Program-made: the position numbers and the translations under genes | NCBI GenBank assembly: GCA_045106895.1 | Contig: JBGCFM010000009.1 | Span: 1 to 33,183, forward strand | Direction of reading: 5' to 3' | From: Polyangiales bacterium | GTDB taxonomy: Bacteria > Myxococcota_A > Polyangia > Polyangiales > Houyiibacteriaceae | DNA: 33,183 bases | In this document: positions 17,267 to 25,914 of the stretch, one piece after another | Layout: each line of letters begins with the position of its first letter | How positions within the stretch are numbered: position 1 is the first letter of the stretch | Notes under the pieces: generated by a model | Told to the model about the DNA's origin: nothing | The model's database searches: none | Seen by the model: only the letters and a program-made list of their open reading frames with translations

Positions 17267-18931
17267 ATGAGACTTCTCCGCCGTTCCGGCAGAATCATCG
17301 CTTTCTTAGGAGTGAGCGCCCTCGGCGCCTGCACCGGCGATATCTCAGAGATCCCGACGAACATCGAGGAGCCACCTCCACCCATCGCGGAGTTCTGTGA
17401 AGGTCTTGAGCGGACCGCAGGTCGAACGACGGTTCACCGCCTCAACGCCGCCGAATACGACCGTTCGATGCGTGAGTTGCTCCTCCTCGCGTCCGATGCG
17501 CGACCGAGCGCGGACTTTCCCGTCGACAACGAATCCGCCAGTGGCTTTCTGAACGATGCCGATGTGCTCCAGACCGGCGCGCTCCTCATCTCGAAGCACG
17601 CCGAAGCCGCCCAGGCACTCGCCGAGGGAGCCGTTGAAAACGAAGCGTTCCGTGCACGCTACCTCGACTGCGACGGCGCCAACTGCGCAGAGCAGTTCGT
17701 TCGAGACTTCGGTCTGCACGCCTGGCGGCGCCCGCTCCTTGACGAGGAAGTCACGCGGCTCGTCGGAGTATACGAGGCCGGCGCGCCAACGTTCGAAGCG
17801 GATGGCCTTTCGAACGAAGGGGTCCAGCTCGCGATGCGCGCGATCCTTCTTTCGCCCAACACGATCTTTCGTTCGGAGACCCACGCAGGCGGGCTCCGCG
17901 ACCTCGACTCCTACGAGATCGCCTCACGTCTCTCCTTCTTCCTGTGGAGCTCCTCTCCAGACGATGAGCTCTACGACGTCGCCGAAGCTGGAATGCTCAA
18001 CCGCGAGGACGCGCTTCGAGACCAGATCGGTCGCATGATCGACGACGAGCGATTCCGTGGCTTCCACAACGGTTTCCTCCACCGCTGGCTTCTGACTCAG
18101 AAGCTCGGAACTCATATGGTCAACGCCGAAGCGTTCCCAGAATGGAACGATTCGCTTCGCCCGCTGATGCTGCAAGAGACGGAGCTCTTCGTCGAAGACA
18201 TCATCCGCAACGAGCTGCCGCTCTCGACGTTGGTGTCCGCCGATTTCACGTACCTCAACGAGGAACTCGCCGCGCATTACGGCATCGAAGGCGTCAGTGG
18301 CCCTGAGATGCGCCGAGTTGTTGTCGGTTCCCACCGCGCTGCGGGCGTGCTCTCGCAGGGTGCGTTCTTGACCATCAGCTCACATCCACGCGTCACCTCG
18401 CCTGTGACCCGCGGTTTTGACATCCTCTCGCGCCTTCTCTGTGCGCCACCACCAGCCGCGCCAGCCAACGTCGACCCCGATGTTGAACCTGTGTCTGGTC
18501 AGTCTCGTCGCGAAGCCCTCGAAGCTCATCGCTCCAACCCGGCGTGCGCCACCTGCCATCGCGTTATGGGCCCCATCGGCTTCGCCCTTGAGAACTACGA
18601 CCCCACGGGTCGCTGGCGGGAAACCGAGGACGGCACCGAAGACGGCTTCGCCGTGGACGCGACCGGTGTGCTTCCGAGTGGTGAAACACTCGACGGCCCA
18701 CAGTCTCTGGGCGCCGCCATCGCCGATGACGAGCGTTTCCCTGGCTGCGTTGTCGGTCAGCTCATGGAGTACTCCATCGGGCGCCAGCTCCAGCCCGTCG
18801 ACGAGTGTCATGTCCTCGACGTCGTAGAAGCCGCCGGCGGAACCTCAGCTACGCTCCGTGACATCATCGAAGAACTCGTACTCAACCAAGTGTTCCGCCA
18901 AGTTGGCGACCGTGAGGAGGCAAGCCCATGA
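17267..18931 (+). CDS. DUF1592-domain (DUF1587/1595/1592/1588/1585) cytochrome-c-like lipoprotein
   Basis: LGAC lipobox; HRLNAAEYDRSMRELL, YEIASRLSFFLWSSSPDDEL, TSPVTRG, CATCH, IGFALENYD. Confidence 0.9.
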   Translation: MRLLRRSGRIIAFLGVSALGACTGDISEIPTNIEEPPPPIAEFCEGLERTAGRTTVHRLNAAEYDRSMRELLLLASDARPSADFPVDNESASGFLNDADVLQTGALLISKHAEAAQALAEGAVENEAFRARYLDCDGANCAEQFVRDFGLHAWRRPLLDEEVTRLVGVYEAGAPTFEADGLSNEGVQLAMRAILLSPNTIFRSETHAGGLRDLDSYEIASRLSFFLWSSSPDDELYDVAEAGMLNREDALRDQIGRMIDDERFRGFHNGFLHRWLLTQKLGTHMVNAEAFPEWNDSLRPLMLQETELFVEDIIRNELPLSTLVSADFTYLNEELAAHYGIEGVSGPEMRRVVVGSHRAAGVLSQGAFLTISSHPRVTSPVTRGFDILSRLLCAPPPAAPANVDPDVEPVSGQSRREALEAHRSNPACATCHRVMGPIGFALENYDPTGRWRETEDGTEDGFAVDATGVLPSGETLDGPQSLGAAIADDERFPGCVVGQLMEYSIGRQLQPVDECHVLDVVEAAGGTSATLRDIIEELVLNQVFRQVGDREEASP

Positions 18932-20325
18932 AGAAGCCACTTTCGAGGCGCGCGTTCATTGGAGGCGGCGCAGCCGTCGCTATCACCTTGCCCTTTCTCG
19001 ACGCCATGGTGCCGACGGGCCGTCGCGCGCGTGCACAGGCAGACCGGCCTACCCGGCTCGTCTACATCTACGTGCCGCACGGCATCATTCGAACGAACTT
19101 CACGCCGACGAGCGCAGGCCCGGACTACACGATGCCCTCGCAGCTCTCATCGCTCGCGCCTCTACGCGACAAGTTCAGCGTCCTGACGGGTCTGAGCAAC
19201 CACCCTGGTAGCGGTCGCTACACCTATGCGGATGGGACGACGGAGAACGACGGTCCTGGCGACCACGCGCGAGACACGGGGACATTCCTCACGGCTACGC
19301 GCATTCGCAAGACCGATGGTTCGGACCATCGCGCCGGAATCTCAGTCGACCAGGTGGCGGCGAATCACCTCGCACCACACACCGCGCTGCCTTCACTTGT
19401 GCTGGCGACGAAGAGCGGCAGCTACGGAGGCGACAGCGGCTACGCGCCTATCTACCGAAGCAATGTGTCTTGGGCGAACCCGACGCAGCCAATGGCCAAG
19501 GACTCGAACGCGAGCTCCGTGTTCAACACTCTCTTCGCGGGCTTCGATCCCGGCGAAGGCGAAGCAGCGCGCGCGCGACGCTTGGCGCAAGAGACGAGCA
19601 TCCTCGACTCCTGCCTAGAAGACCTCGCCTCGCTACGCGTCCAGCTTGGCGCCGCGGACAACGTGAAGCTCGACGGATACCTTGAGGGCATTCGACGCGT
19701 CGAGTCGTCGATCATGGAGGTTCCCGGTGGCGTGGAGTGCAACCCTGGCACTTCGCCGGAAGGCGGCTTGAGCTTCCAGGAGAACACCGTCGCGATGATG
19801 GATTTGATGAAGCTCGCGTTCCAGTGCGACCGCACGCGTGTGGCGAGCTTGATGATCGAATCCAACGGCTACGGTTTCATTGGCGTGGGCGACGGTCACC
19901 ACCAGATTTCACATCTCGAGAACCTCGACCCGCACCGCATGGGCATCGAGACGATCAACAAGTGGGGCATCGACCGCTTTGCGGAGTTCCTCACGGCCCT
20001 CGATGGTATCGATGAAGACGAAGACGGGTCACTCCTCGACAACTCCCTCGTGATGTACGGCGGCGGCCTCGATGCGACGGGTCACGCAGGCGGCAACGCG
20101 ATGGGTGACTTGACCCCGCGCCAGTCCGGCGGTGTTCACAGGCACACGAACCTCCCGATCCTCCTCGCGGGTAGCGGACGCGGCCAGGTCAAAACCGGCG
20201 AGCACTTCGTTGTCGACGGCGACCCTATCGCCAACCTTTATCTCTCCATGCTCGAGTCCGTGGGTGTCCCGGACGAGACCTTCGGTCTCGAAGGTACCGA
20301 GACCTTGGCGGCGATTCGCACGTAG
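18928..20325 (+). CDS. DUF1552 (HXXSHH) family Tat-exported protein
   Basis: LSRRAFIGG Tat motif, TLPFLDAM, GISVDQVAA, LAFQCDRTRV, SLLDNSLVMYG, NLPILLAG; ATGA overlap with the upstream gene. Confidence 0.9.
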   Translation: MKKPLSRRAFIGGGAAVAITLPFLDAMVPTGRRARAQADRPTRLVYIYVPHGIIRTNFTPTSAGPDYTMPSQLSSLAPLRDKFSVLTGLSNHPGSGRYTYADGTTENDGPGDHARDTGTFLTATRIRKTDGSDHRAGISVDQVAANHLAPHTALPSLVLATKSGSYGGDSGYAPIYRSNVSWANPTQPMAKDSNASSVFNTLFAGFDPGEGEAARARRLAQETSILDSCLEDLASLRVQLGAADNVKLDGYLEGIRRVESSIMEVPGGVECNPGTSPEGGLSFQENTVAMMDLMKLAFQCDRTRVASLMIESNGYGFIGVGDGHHQISHLENLDPHRMGIETINKWGIDRFAEFLTALDGIDEDEDGSLLDNSLVMYGGGLDATGHAGGNAMGDLTPRQSGGVHRHTNLPILLAGSGRGQVKTGEHFVVDGDPIANLYLSMLESVGVPDETFGLEGTETLAAIRT

Positions 20326-20420
20326 CCTCGAGCGCAGCCCAGACGAAGACGACGCTGGACAGCGGGGTCGACACGCGAGCCACGAGCGCGCGGGTCTGAC
20401 CCCGTTTCTAGTTGGGGCGG

Positions 20421-21593
20421 CTACTCGTCGGGAAGCTGGTCGTCGAGTCGCTCCATCGCAACACCCCGTGCCGCGGCGTGTCCACTCTCGCTACGTCGTT
20501 TCGCTTCGAAGCGTCTCTTGCCCTTCGCCGTCAGCGCACCAACCTGGATGTCCGGCTGTTCGAAGGTTCGGGCGGGTCCGGCTTCCTTCGCGGCGTCTAC
20601 TCGCTTTTGGAAGTCGAGGTTCCACGCTTCGAGGTCACGCAGCTTGTAGCTCGGGTCGCTTGGGTCCTCGATAATCGTCCGCACGACTTTGTCGCGCTCG
20701 ATGAAGACCGGCGAGAGCTCCGCTGGGTCGTAGCCGTTGCCTCGGTCAAATAGCCCACCACATATCTCGCGGAGGGAGCACTGCTCGCAGCCGTCGGTGT
20801 AGATGTGCTCCCAGTCCGTTTGTCGGACCGATTGTTTCGCATCGAGAAAACAAACGATGCGCTCTTCGCCTTTGACGATCTTTCGAGTCTCAGTGCTCGC
20901 CCAAGCAAAGTCCGTCATGAAACAAAGCGGAACCTTCTCCACGCGAAAGGTTCGACCGCTCTTATGCAAGAAACGCATGGCCCGATGTAGCGAGAGCTCG
21001 AAGTCAGCGAGCCGTGGTGTGAACTTGTCTTGGTTTACTTCGGCGCGGCCCATCGAAGGGTCGAGGTTGTTCCAGACGAAGTGCCGAACCTGCGGGTGAT
21101 GGCGAACCAGGTGTCGAACATTTTCGTCGAGGTGACTCGCGTTGAGCTTGTTGATGACGCAGTTGATGTTGACTTCGATGCCCTGAGCGCCGGCATTGTC
21201 GAGGGCGGCGAAGGCCCGAGGCAAGGTGTCCTTGGTGCCGCGCAGGGCTTCTTCCACGTCCGGACGTACGGAGTAGATGCTGACATGGGCGAGCTGCAGG
21301 CCGGCGTTCGCCATATCCTTGGCGAACTGCCGGTCCGCGAGACGATGCCCGTTCGTGATCATCCGAACGTGCAGGCCCTGGTCGCGCGCATAAGCGCAGA
21401 TGCGCGGCAGGTCCGGATGGAGCGTGGGTTCGCCACCCGTGAGGATGATGCCGAAGTACCCACGCGCCACGAAGTCATCCACGAGTGGACGCATCGACTC
21501 AAAGTCGTGGGAATAGGGAGTCGTGGGGTTCGAACAGAAGCCACAGAGGTGGTTGCAGTGTCGAACGACCTGGATGTAGCCAAGGTTGGCCAT
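20421..21593 (-). CDS. Radical SAM protein
   Basis: CNHLCGFC (CX3CX2C), LTGGEPTLHP, ITNG, VPLCFM, C-terminal CEQCSLREICGG; alternative GTG start at 21599. Confidence 0.92.
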   Translation of the reverse strand: MANLGYIQVVRHCNHLCGFCSNPTTPYSHDFESMRPLVDDFVARGYFGIILTGGEPTLHPDLPRICAYARDQGLHVRMITNGHRLADRQFAKDMANAGLQLAHVSIYSVRPDVEEALRGTKDTLPRAFAALDNAGAQGIEVNINCVINKLNASHLDENVRHLVRHHPQVRHFVWNNLDPSMGRAEVNQDKFTPRLADFELSLHRAMRFLHKSGRTFRVEKVPLCFMTDFAWASTETRKIVKGEERIVCFLDAKQSVRQTDWEHIYTDGCEQCSLREICGGLFDRGNGYDPAELSPVFIERDKVVRTIIEDPSDPSYKLRDLEAWNLDFQKRVDAAKEAGPARTFEQPDIQVGALTAKGKRRFEAKRRSESGHAAARGVAMERLDDQLPDE

Positions 21594-21694
21594 GAACACC
21601 GGAGTGTATCAGACCCTGGGCCGGGCGCCGCCACGCCGGTATCAACCCGCGCCACTGTCGCGTCACTGCCGCGTCTTAGCGCCCAAAAGGGCGA

Positions 21695-22402
21695 CTAAGC
21701 GAGCCCGGCGATGGTGACGGCGCCACATGCGACGAGGGACACATACGTAAGGCGCGTACGCTTCGCATCGCTGATCTTCACGCGTTTTCCGAGTGTGTTG
21801 CCGACCATGATGGCGATGCCAATGCAGACCGACATAAGAAGCGTGGAGGATGTGACGAGCCCGCCGGCGCCATAGGCGAGGAGACGAGCCAGATGCACGG
21901 ATGCGGCGATGAGCGAAGCGCTTGCGATGAAACGGCCACCGCGGGCGCCGGCCGCGAGAAGAAGCGGGCCTAAGAGTAGCCCGCCACCACCGCTTGTGGC
22001 CGTCAGCACGCCCACACAGAAGCTGATAGGCAAGACCGAACTCGCCTTTGGCGTGAAGCGAATTAGCTTGAACTCCTTCGCTGCGGCAAGCCCCAGGGCC
22101 AAGACGATGAGGGCGTGAAGGACGAGTTCTGGCAACGCGAGCGTCAAGAAGCCACCGACCAGCGCCCCTGGCACGGCTCCCAGCACGAAGGGCATGGCGA
22201 AGCGCGAGTCCAGGTCACTCCGGAAAAGCGTGATGCGGTGGATGTTCCCAAGAAGGAGCGCGGGTGCTGCCAGCGCGAGAGCCGTCTGAGGGCCGGCGAA
22301 GGCGGCCAGAATGAGCGTCAGGACTAGACCGCCTCCGAGTCCGGCGACGGTCGTCAGCAGGCCCGCGAGCAACCCAAGGGCGATGGTTCCAAGAACTTCC
22401 AT
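21695..22402 (-). CDS. TauE/SafE (TSUP) family exporter
   Basis: About 8 hydrophobic helices; AGLGGG and internal repeat TSGGGG; ATG at 22402. Confidence 0.82.
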   Translation of the reverse strand: MEVLGTIALGLLAGLLTTVAGLGGGLVLTLILAAFAGPQTALALAAPALLLGNIHRITLFRSDLDSRFAMPFVLGAVPGALVGGFLTLALPELVLHALIVLALGLAAAKEFKLIRFTPKASSVLPISFCVGVLTATSGGGGLLLGPLLLAAGARGGRFIASASLIAASVHLARLLAYGAGGLVTSSTLLMSVCIGIAIMVGNTLGKRVKISDAKRTRLTYVSLVACGAVTIAGLA

Positions 22403-22457
22403 GTGCAAAACGTGCGGCTCATATGAGTATTCGTCCAAGCGATTGTTTTTATCGCAA

Positions 22458-22476
22458 CCATCGGAAACACTGATGG
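22458..22476. promoter_or_regulatory. Putative LysR binding box (T-N11-A)
   Basis: CCATC-N9-GATGG dyad with T22461-N11-A22473 in the divergent intergenic region; adjacent GCGAT-N7-ATCGC dyad at 22439-22455. Confidence 0.6.
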
Positions 22477-22477
22477 A

Positions 22478-23311
22478 ATGACATTGGCGTCTTTTGAGCA
22501 TTTCCTCCTCGTCTCTGCGCACGGCACTTTTACGGAGGCGGCGCATCACGCGCACCTCTCACAACCGGCGCTGAGCGCGTCCATCGCGCGCCTTGAGGAA
22601 GAGCTCGGAGGACGACTCTTCCATCGGGGGCGGAGCGGCGCAGCGTTGACCGCCGCCGGCAAGGCTCTGATGCCCCACGCCAAAGCGGCGTTGACCGCGG
22701 CGGAGGATGGGCGTCGTGCTGTGGCCGCGTTGATGGGTCTCGACGCCGGCATGGTGCGAATCGCCGCCGGTGCGACAGCGTGCACGTACCTCCTGCCAAG
22801 GCCACTGGCGAAGTTCCGAAGACGCCACCCGAAGATCCGTTTCACACTTCAGGAGATGACGACGAGCGAGGCCCTCGCGGCGCTTCACGAGGGCGCCGTG
22901 GACCTCGCCATCGTCGGGCAAGGGCTGCGTACAAAAGCGCCGCCGAACAGCGAGCGCTGGATGACAGAGAACCTCGTTCTCATCGCGTCTCCCTCCCTCG
23001 ACCAAGAAGCGGCGCCCTTTTTGACGTTTCGGCAAGGTTCGTCGACGCGCGCCATTTTCGAGTCGAAGTTCCCAAACGCGGAGGTCGCGATGGAACTTGG
23101 GTCCATCGCGGCGGTGAAGGGGCATGCGCGGGCCGGCATCGGGATGGCTCTCGTGAGCGAGAACGCCGTGGGGGATGACATACGCCGGGGGCGCCTCGAG
23201 AGCGTGGAAGACAAACGAGTACCGATCCGCCGTCAGCTCCGTATTGTTCACCGAGGGGTGGAGCGGCTGCATCCCGCGGCGGCCGCGCTTCGTGCTCTCC
23301 TCCTCGGCTAG
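22478..23311 (+). CDS. LysR-family transcriptional regulator
   Basis: GTFTEAAHHAHLSQPALSASIARLEEELGGRLFHR...LTAAG helix-turn-helix; substrate-binding domain motifs VDLAI and AGIGMALV. Confidence 0.93.
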   Translation: MTLASFEHFLLVSAHGTFTEAAHHAHLSQPALSASIARLEEELGGRLFHRGRSGAALTAAGKALMPHAKAALTAAEDGRRAVAALMGLDAGMVRIAAGATACTYLLPRPLAKFRRRHPKIRFTLQEMTTSEALAALHEGAVDLAIVGQGLRTKAPPNSERWMTENLVLIASPSLDQEAAPFLTFRQGSSTRAIFESKFPNAEVAMELGSIAAVKGHARAGIGMALVSENAVGDDIRRGRLESVEDKRVPIRRQLRIVHRGVERLHPAAAALRALLLG

Positions 23312-23391
23312 CTCGGCGCGGGTCACAAACTCAGCTCTATTGAAATGGGACGCTGCTGAACGTCGGGCGGGTGTGAGGCATCTCATGGGTA

Positions 23392-24138
23392 ATGCGCCAT
23401 TCAGCCTGCTTTCGCCGGAGCCTCCTCGTCTTCGCGCTTCTACTCTGCTGGGCCTTGCCGCTCAGCGCTCAGGAGCACCGGACGGAACCCGCCGCCGGCC
23501 TTGATGCGCCGCCGGTCTCGGCGACGATGCTCGACGCGGACGAACCGTCCTTGGTGAGCGTGGAGATCCTCGCCGGAACCACGCTGCCTTTCGACGTCTC
23601 ACTCGGCGCACGCTTAGTCCTCGCACAACGTTTCTTCGCCGAGACCTCTGTGGGCCGTTCTGCGTACGGGAGTCTGGCGGGCTCCGTGGCTCTCAGCCTC
23701 GGCGGCGATGAGGTCGCCACGCTCATCGAGCCGGCGTTCTCTAACGCGTGGATGTTTCGTTTTGGCTTTGGAGTCCGGCCTTTCGGTCAAGGTGGGCCCG
23801 AGCTGAGCGCCGGGTATGCGCGCCTCAGCAGCGCGGCGACGTGGAGCGCCGCGGATCTCTCGTTGCCAGCGAGCGCCGGAGAGCTCGCCGCCGACATCAC
23901 GTTGCACATGCTCTACGTGGAGCTCGGGTGGTCCATCGACGTCTTCGGGCCGCTCTTCCTTCGTCCGGCCATCGGGTGGTCACAGGTGCTCGACGCGAAC
24001 ACGCGCCTGTCATCCAGCGCCAACCTCTCGGGGCAGGCGGCGGCGGCGATGGCCACCGCCGAGACCAGCGCTGAAGCCATCATCGAGCAATACGGAAAAA
24101 CGCCTACGCTCTCTCTCGCTATCGGCGCGCGCTTCTAA
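23392..24138 (+). CDS. Secreted protein, probable outer-membrane beta-barrel
   Basis: Signal peptide ending LSA-Q; amphipathic strands; C-terminal LSLAIGARF. Confidence 0.65.
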   Translation: MRHSACFRRSLLVFALLLCWALPLSAQEHRTEPAAGLDAPPVSATMLDADEPSLVSVEILAGTTLPFDVSLGARLVLAQRFFAETSVGRSAYGSLAGSVALSLGGDEVATLIEPAFSNAWMFRFGFGVRPFGQGGPELSAGYARLSSAATWSAADLSLPASAGELAADITLHMLYVELGWSIDVFGPLFLRPAIGWSQVLDANTRLSSSANLSGQAAAAMATAETSAEAIIEQYGKTPTLSLAIGARF

Positions 24139-24145
24139 GGTCCTG

Positions 24146-24520
24146 CTACTTTGCGCGGACCCAGGTTGAGCGGCCGCGCTTCTCAAACTCAGCTTTGCCA
24201 AGTCGCTCCAGCACGGGGCCGACGTAGGAAGCGAAGCGTCCGCGGTACCCTTTGCGGAGGCCGTACCAACCGCCGACGGGGTTTTCTTTGGAACGCGCCC
24301 CCGCTTTTTCGTCCTTGTTGCCGAGCTCCATCCAGTCGTCGTGTTTCGTCAGCATCGCGTGAAGGTCATCGAGGGCGCTCATTTTGTAGTGAAGCCAGGT
24401 GGAGCCTACTTGGCAGTGGAGGACGTCTTTCTCCTCGTCCCGGTGCATTTCGAACTCAGCCTTCCCTAGGGGCGTGTTGAGTTTCCACGGATCTGCTGCT
24501 GTCCCTTTGCCACCGGCCAT
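24146..24520 (-). CDS. DUF6855-like conserved hypothetical protein
   Basis: GGAGG RBS; GTAADPWKLNTP, CQVGST, NPVGGWYGLRKGYRGRF. Confidence 0.75.
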   Translation of the reverse strand: MAGGKGTAADPWKLNTPLGKAEFEMHRDEEKDVLHCQVGSTWLHYKMSALDDLHAMLTKHDDWMELGNKDEKAGARSKENPVGGWYGLRKGYRGRFASYVGPVLERLGKAEFEKRGRSTWVRAK

Positions 24521-24660
24521 TGGAGCCTCCTTTTGCTGCGCCCACGATGCGGCGAACGCGCTTCGAACACAATAGCGGCGGCAGGAACGGTGTTGTTGCC
24601 CAGGGCGCATCGATCATGCGCGGCATGCGCCGAGTCTCGCCGGGGTGTAAGCTCGCCGCG

Positions 24661-25749
24661 ATGAATGTCCTCGTACCCCCGCCCACGAAGGCCAACAGCT
24701 CGGTCGTGGCGATCCGAGACGATTGGTACGTCGTCGCCATCGCGGATGAGCTCAAAGACAAGCCGCTGCCCGTCGTGCTCTTGGGCACGCCCATCGTCGT
24801 GTTTCGGAGTGGGGCCGCCATCGGCGCACTCCTCGACCGCTGTCCGCACCGCAACGTCCCGCTCTCGCTCGGACGCGTTCGGGGAACGAGACTCGAATGC
24901 GGCTACCACGGTTGGCAGTTCGACAATGCCGGACAATGCCAAGAGATCCCTGGATTGTGCAGCGGCACGGAGACAAACAAAGCGGCACGGAACGCTCCGG
25001 CCTTCGCCGCCCGTGAAGCGGATGGTTTTATCTGGGTCTACGGCACGCCGGACGTAGAACCCGTGCGCGAGCCCTTCGCGTTTCCCCACCTCGATGACGC
25101 GCGATACTCCACGGTTCGCCACGTCGTCGAACTCGAAGGCACGATGCACGCGGCGGCGGAGAACGCCCTCGATGTTCCCCACACGGCGTTCCTCCACCGG
25201 GGTCTCTTTCGCAGTGAAGCTTCACGAAAACGCATCGGTGTCGAGGTGCGTCGTTACGGAGACCGCGTCGAGGCGCAGTATCTCGGCGAGCCAAGGCCGG
25301 AGGGCGTTATCGGACGCGTGCTCGCGCCTGCCGGCGGCGTGGTCACACACCACGACCGTTTCATTCTTCCGTGCATCGCTCAGGTCGAATACGAGATTGG
25401 CGGGAGCAGTCATGTTGTGGCGACGACGGCGCTGACGCCGGTGCGCGATCACTTCACGCGAATGTTCGCGGCGGTGTCCTTCAGGCTGCCCTTCGTCCCG
25501 AACGCGAAGCTCGGCGAGGTCGCCGGGCGCGTGTTGAAGCCACTGGCGCTTCGCATCGTCGGCCAGGACTCTGTGGTGCTGCGTGCACAGACGGCGGCGG
25601 TAAAACGATTCGGCGGCGAGCAGTTTGCGTCGACGGAGCTCGATGTCCTCGGGCCCCAAATCTTGCGACTCTTGCGCCAAGCGGAGCGAGGCGTTCGCGG
25701 AGCATCGGACGAGCTGCTGCAAACGAAGACGCTCGAGATGGAAGTCTAG
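24661..25749 (+). CDS. Rieske non-heme iron oxygenase alpha subunit (VanA-like)
   Basis: DRCPHR...ECGYHGW Rieske motif; ENALDVPHTAFLH mononuclear iron motif. Confidence 0.92.
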   Translation: MNVLVPPPTKANSSVVAIRDDWYVVAIADELKDKPLPVVLLGTPIVVFRSGAAIGALLDRCPHRNVPLSLGRVRGTRLECGYHGWQFDNAGQCQEIPGLCSGTETNKAARNAPAFAAREADGFIWVYGTPDVEPVREPFAFPHLDDARYSTVRHVVELEGTMHAAAENALDVPHTAFLHRGLFRSEASRKRIGVEVRRYGDRVEAQYLGEPRPEGVIGRVLAPAGGVVTHHDRFILPCIAQVEYEIGGSSHVVATTALTPVRDHFTRMFAAVSFRLPFVPNAKLGEVAGRVLKPLALRIVGQDSVVLRAQTAAVKRFGGEQFASTELDVLGPQILRLLRQAERGVRGASDELLQTKTLEMEV

Positions 25750-25912
25750 CTCTGTCTCGAAATCCCCCGACGCCGCTACGCGGCGAGAGCACATGCACCT
25801 GGCGTCACCCCCTCACACTCGAAAATGCCCGCATTTCCTCGGTTCGCGGACACGTCATCTGACGCACTCGCCCCACGGATCGACATACGGGGGGTTTTGA
25901 GACAGAGCCTAG
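25746..25912. mobile_element. MITE-like non-autonomous element B (about 160 bp) flanked by CTA(G) direct repeats
   Basis: 21-bp inverted repeat with 2 mismatches (GCTCTGTCTCRAAAYCCCCCG) at 25749-25769 and 25888-25908; CTAG at 25746-25749 and 25909-25912. Confidence 0.75.
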
Positions 25913-25914
25913 AC

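Noticed and set aside
20421..23311. Radical SAM + TauE + LysR as a single sulfur-modification system or RiPP cluster
   Set aside because: The radical SAM gene has its own -10 box after a gap of about 100 bp, and no precursor peptide or other tailoring genes are visible.
23356..23383. Possible ECF promoter TGAAC-N16-GCATC before the beta-barrel gene, and GGAAAA...CGACTC upstream of 32970 on the minus strand
   Set aside because: Weak matches that cannot be distinguished from chance by eye.
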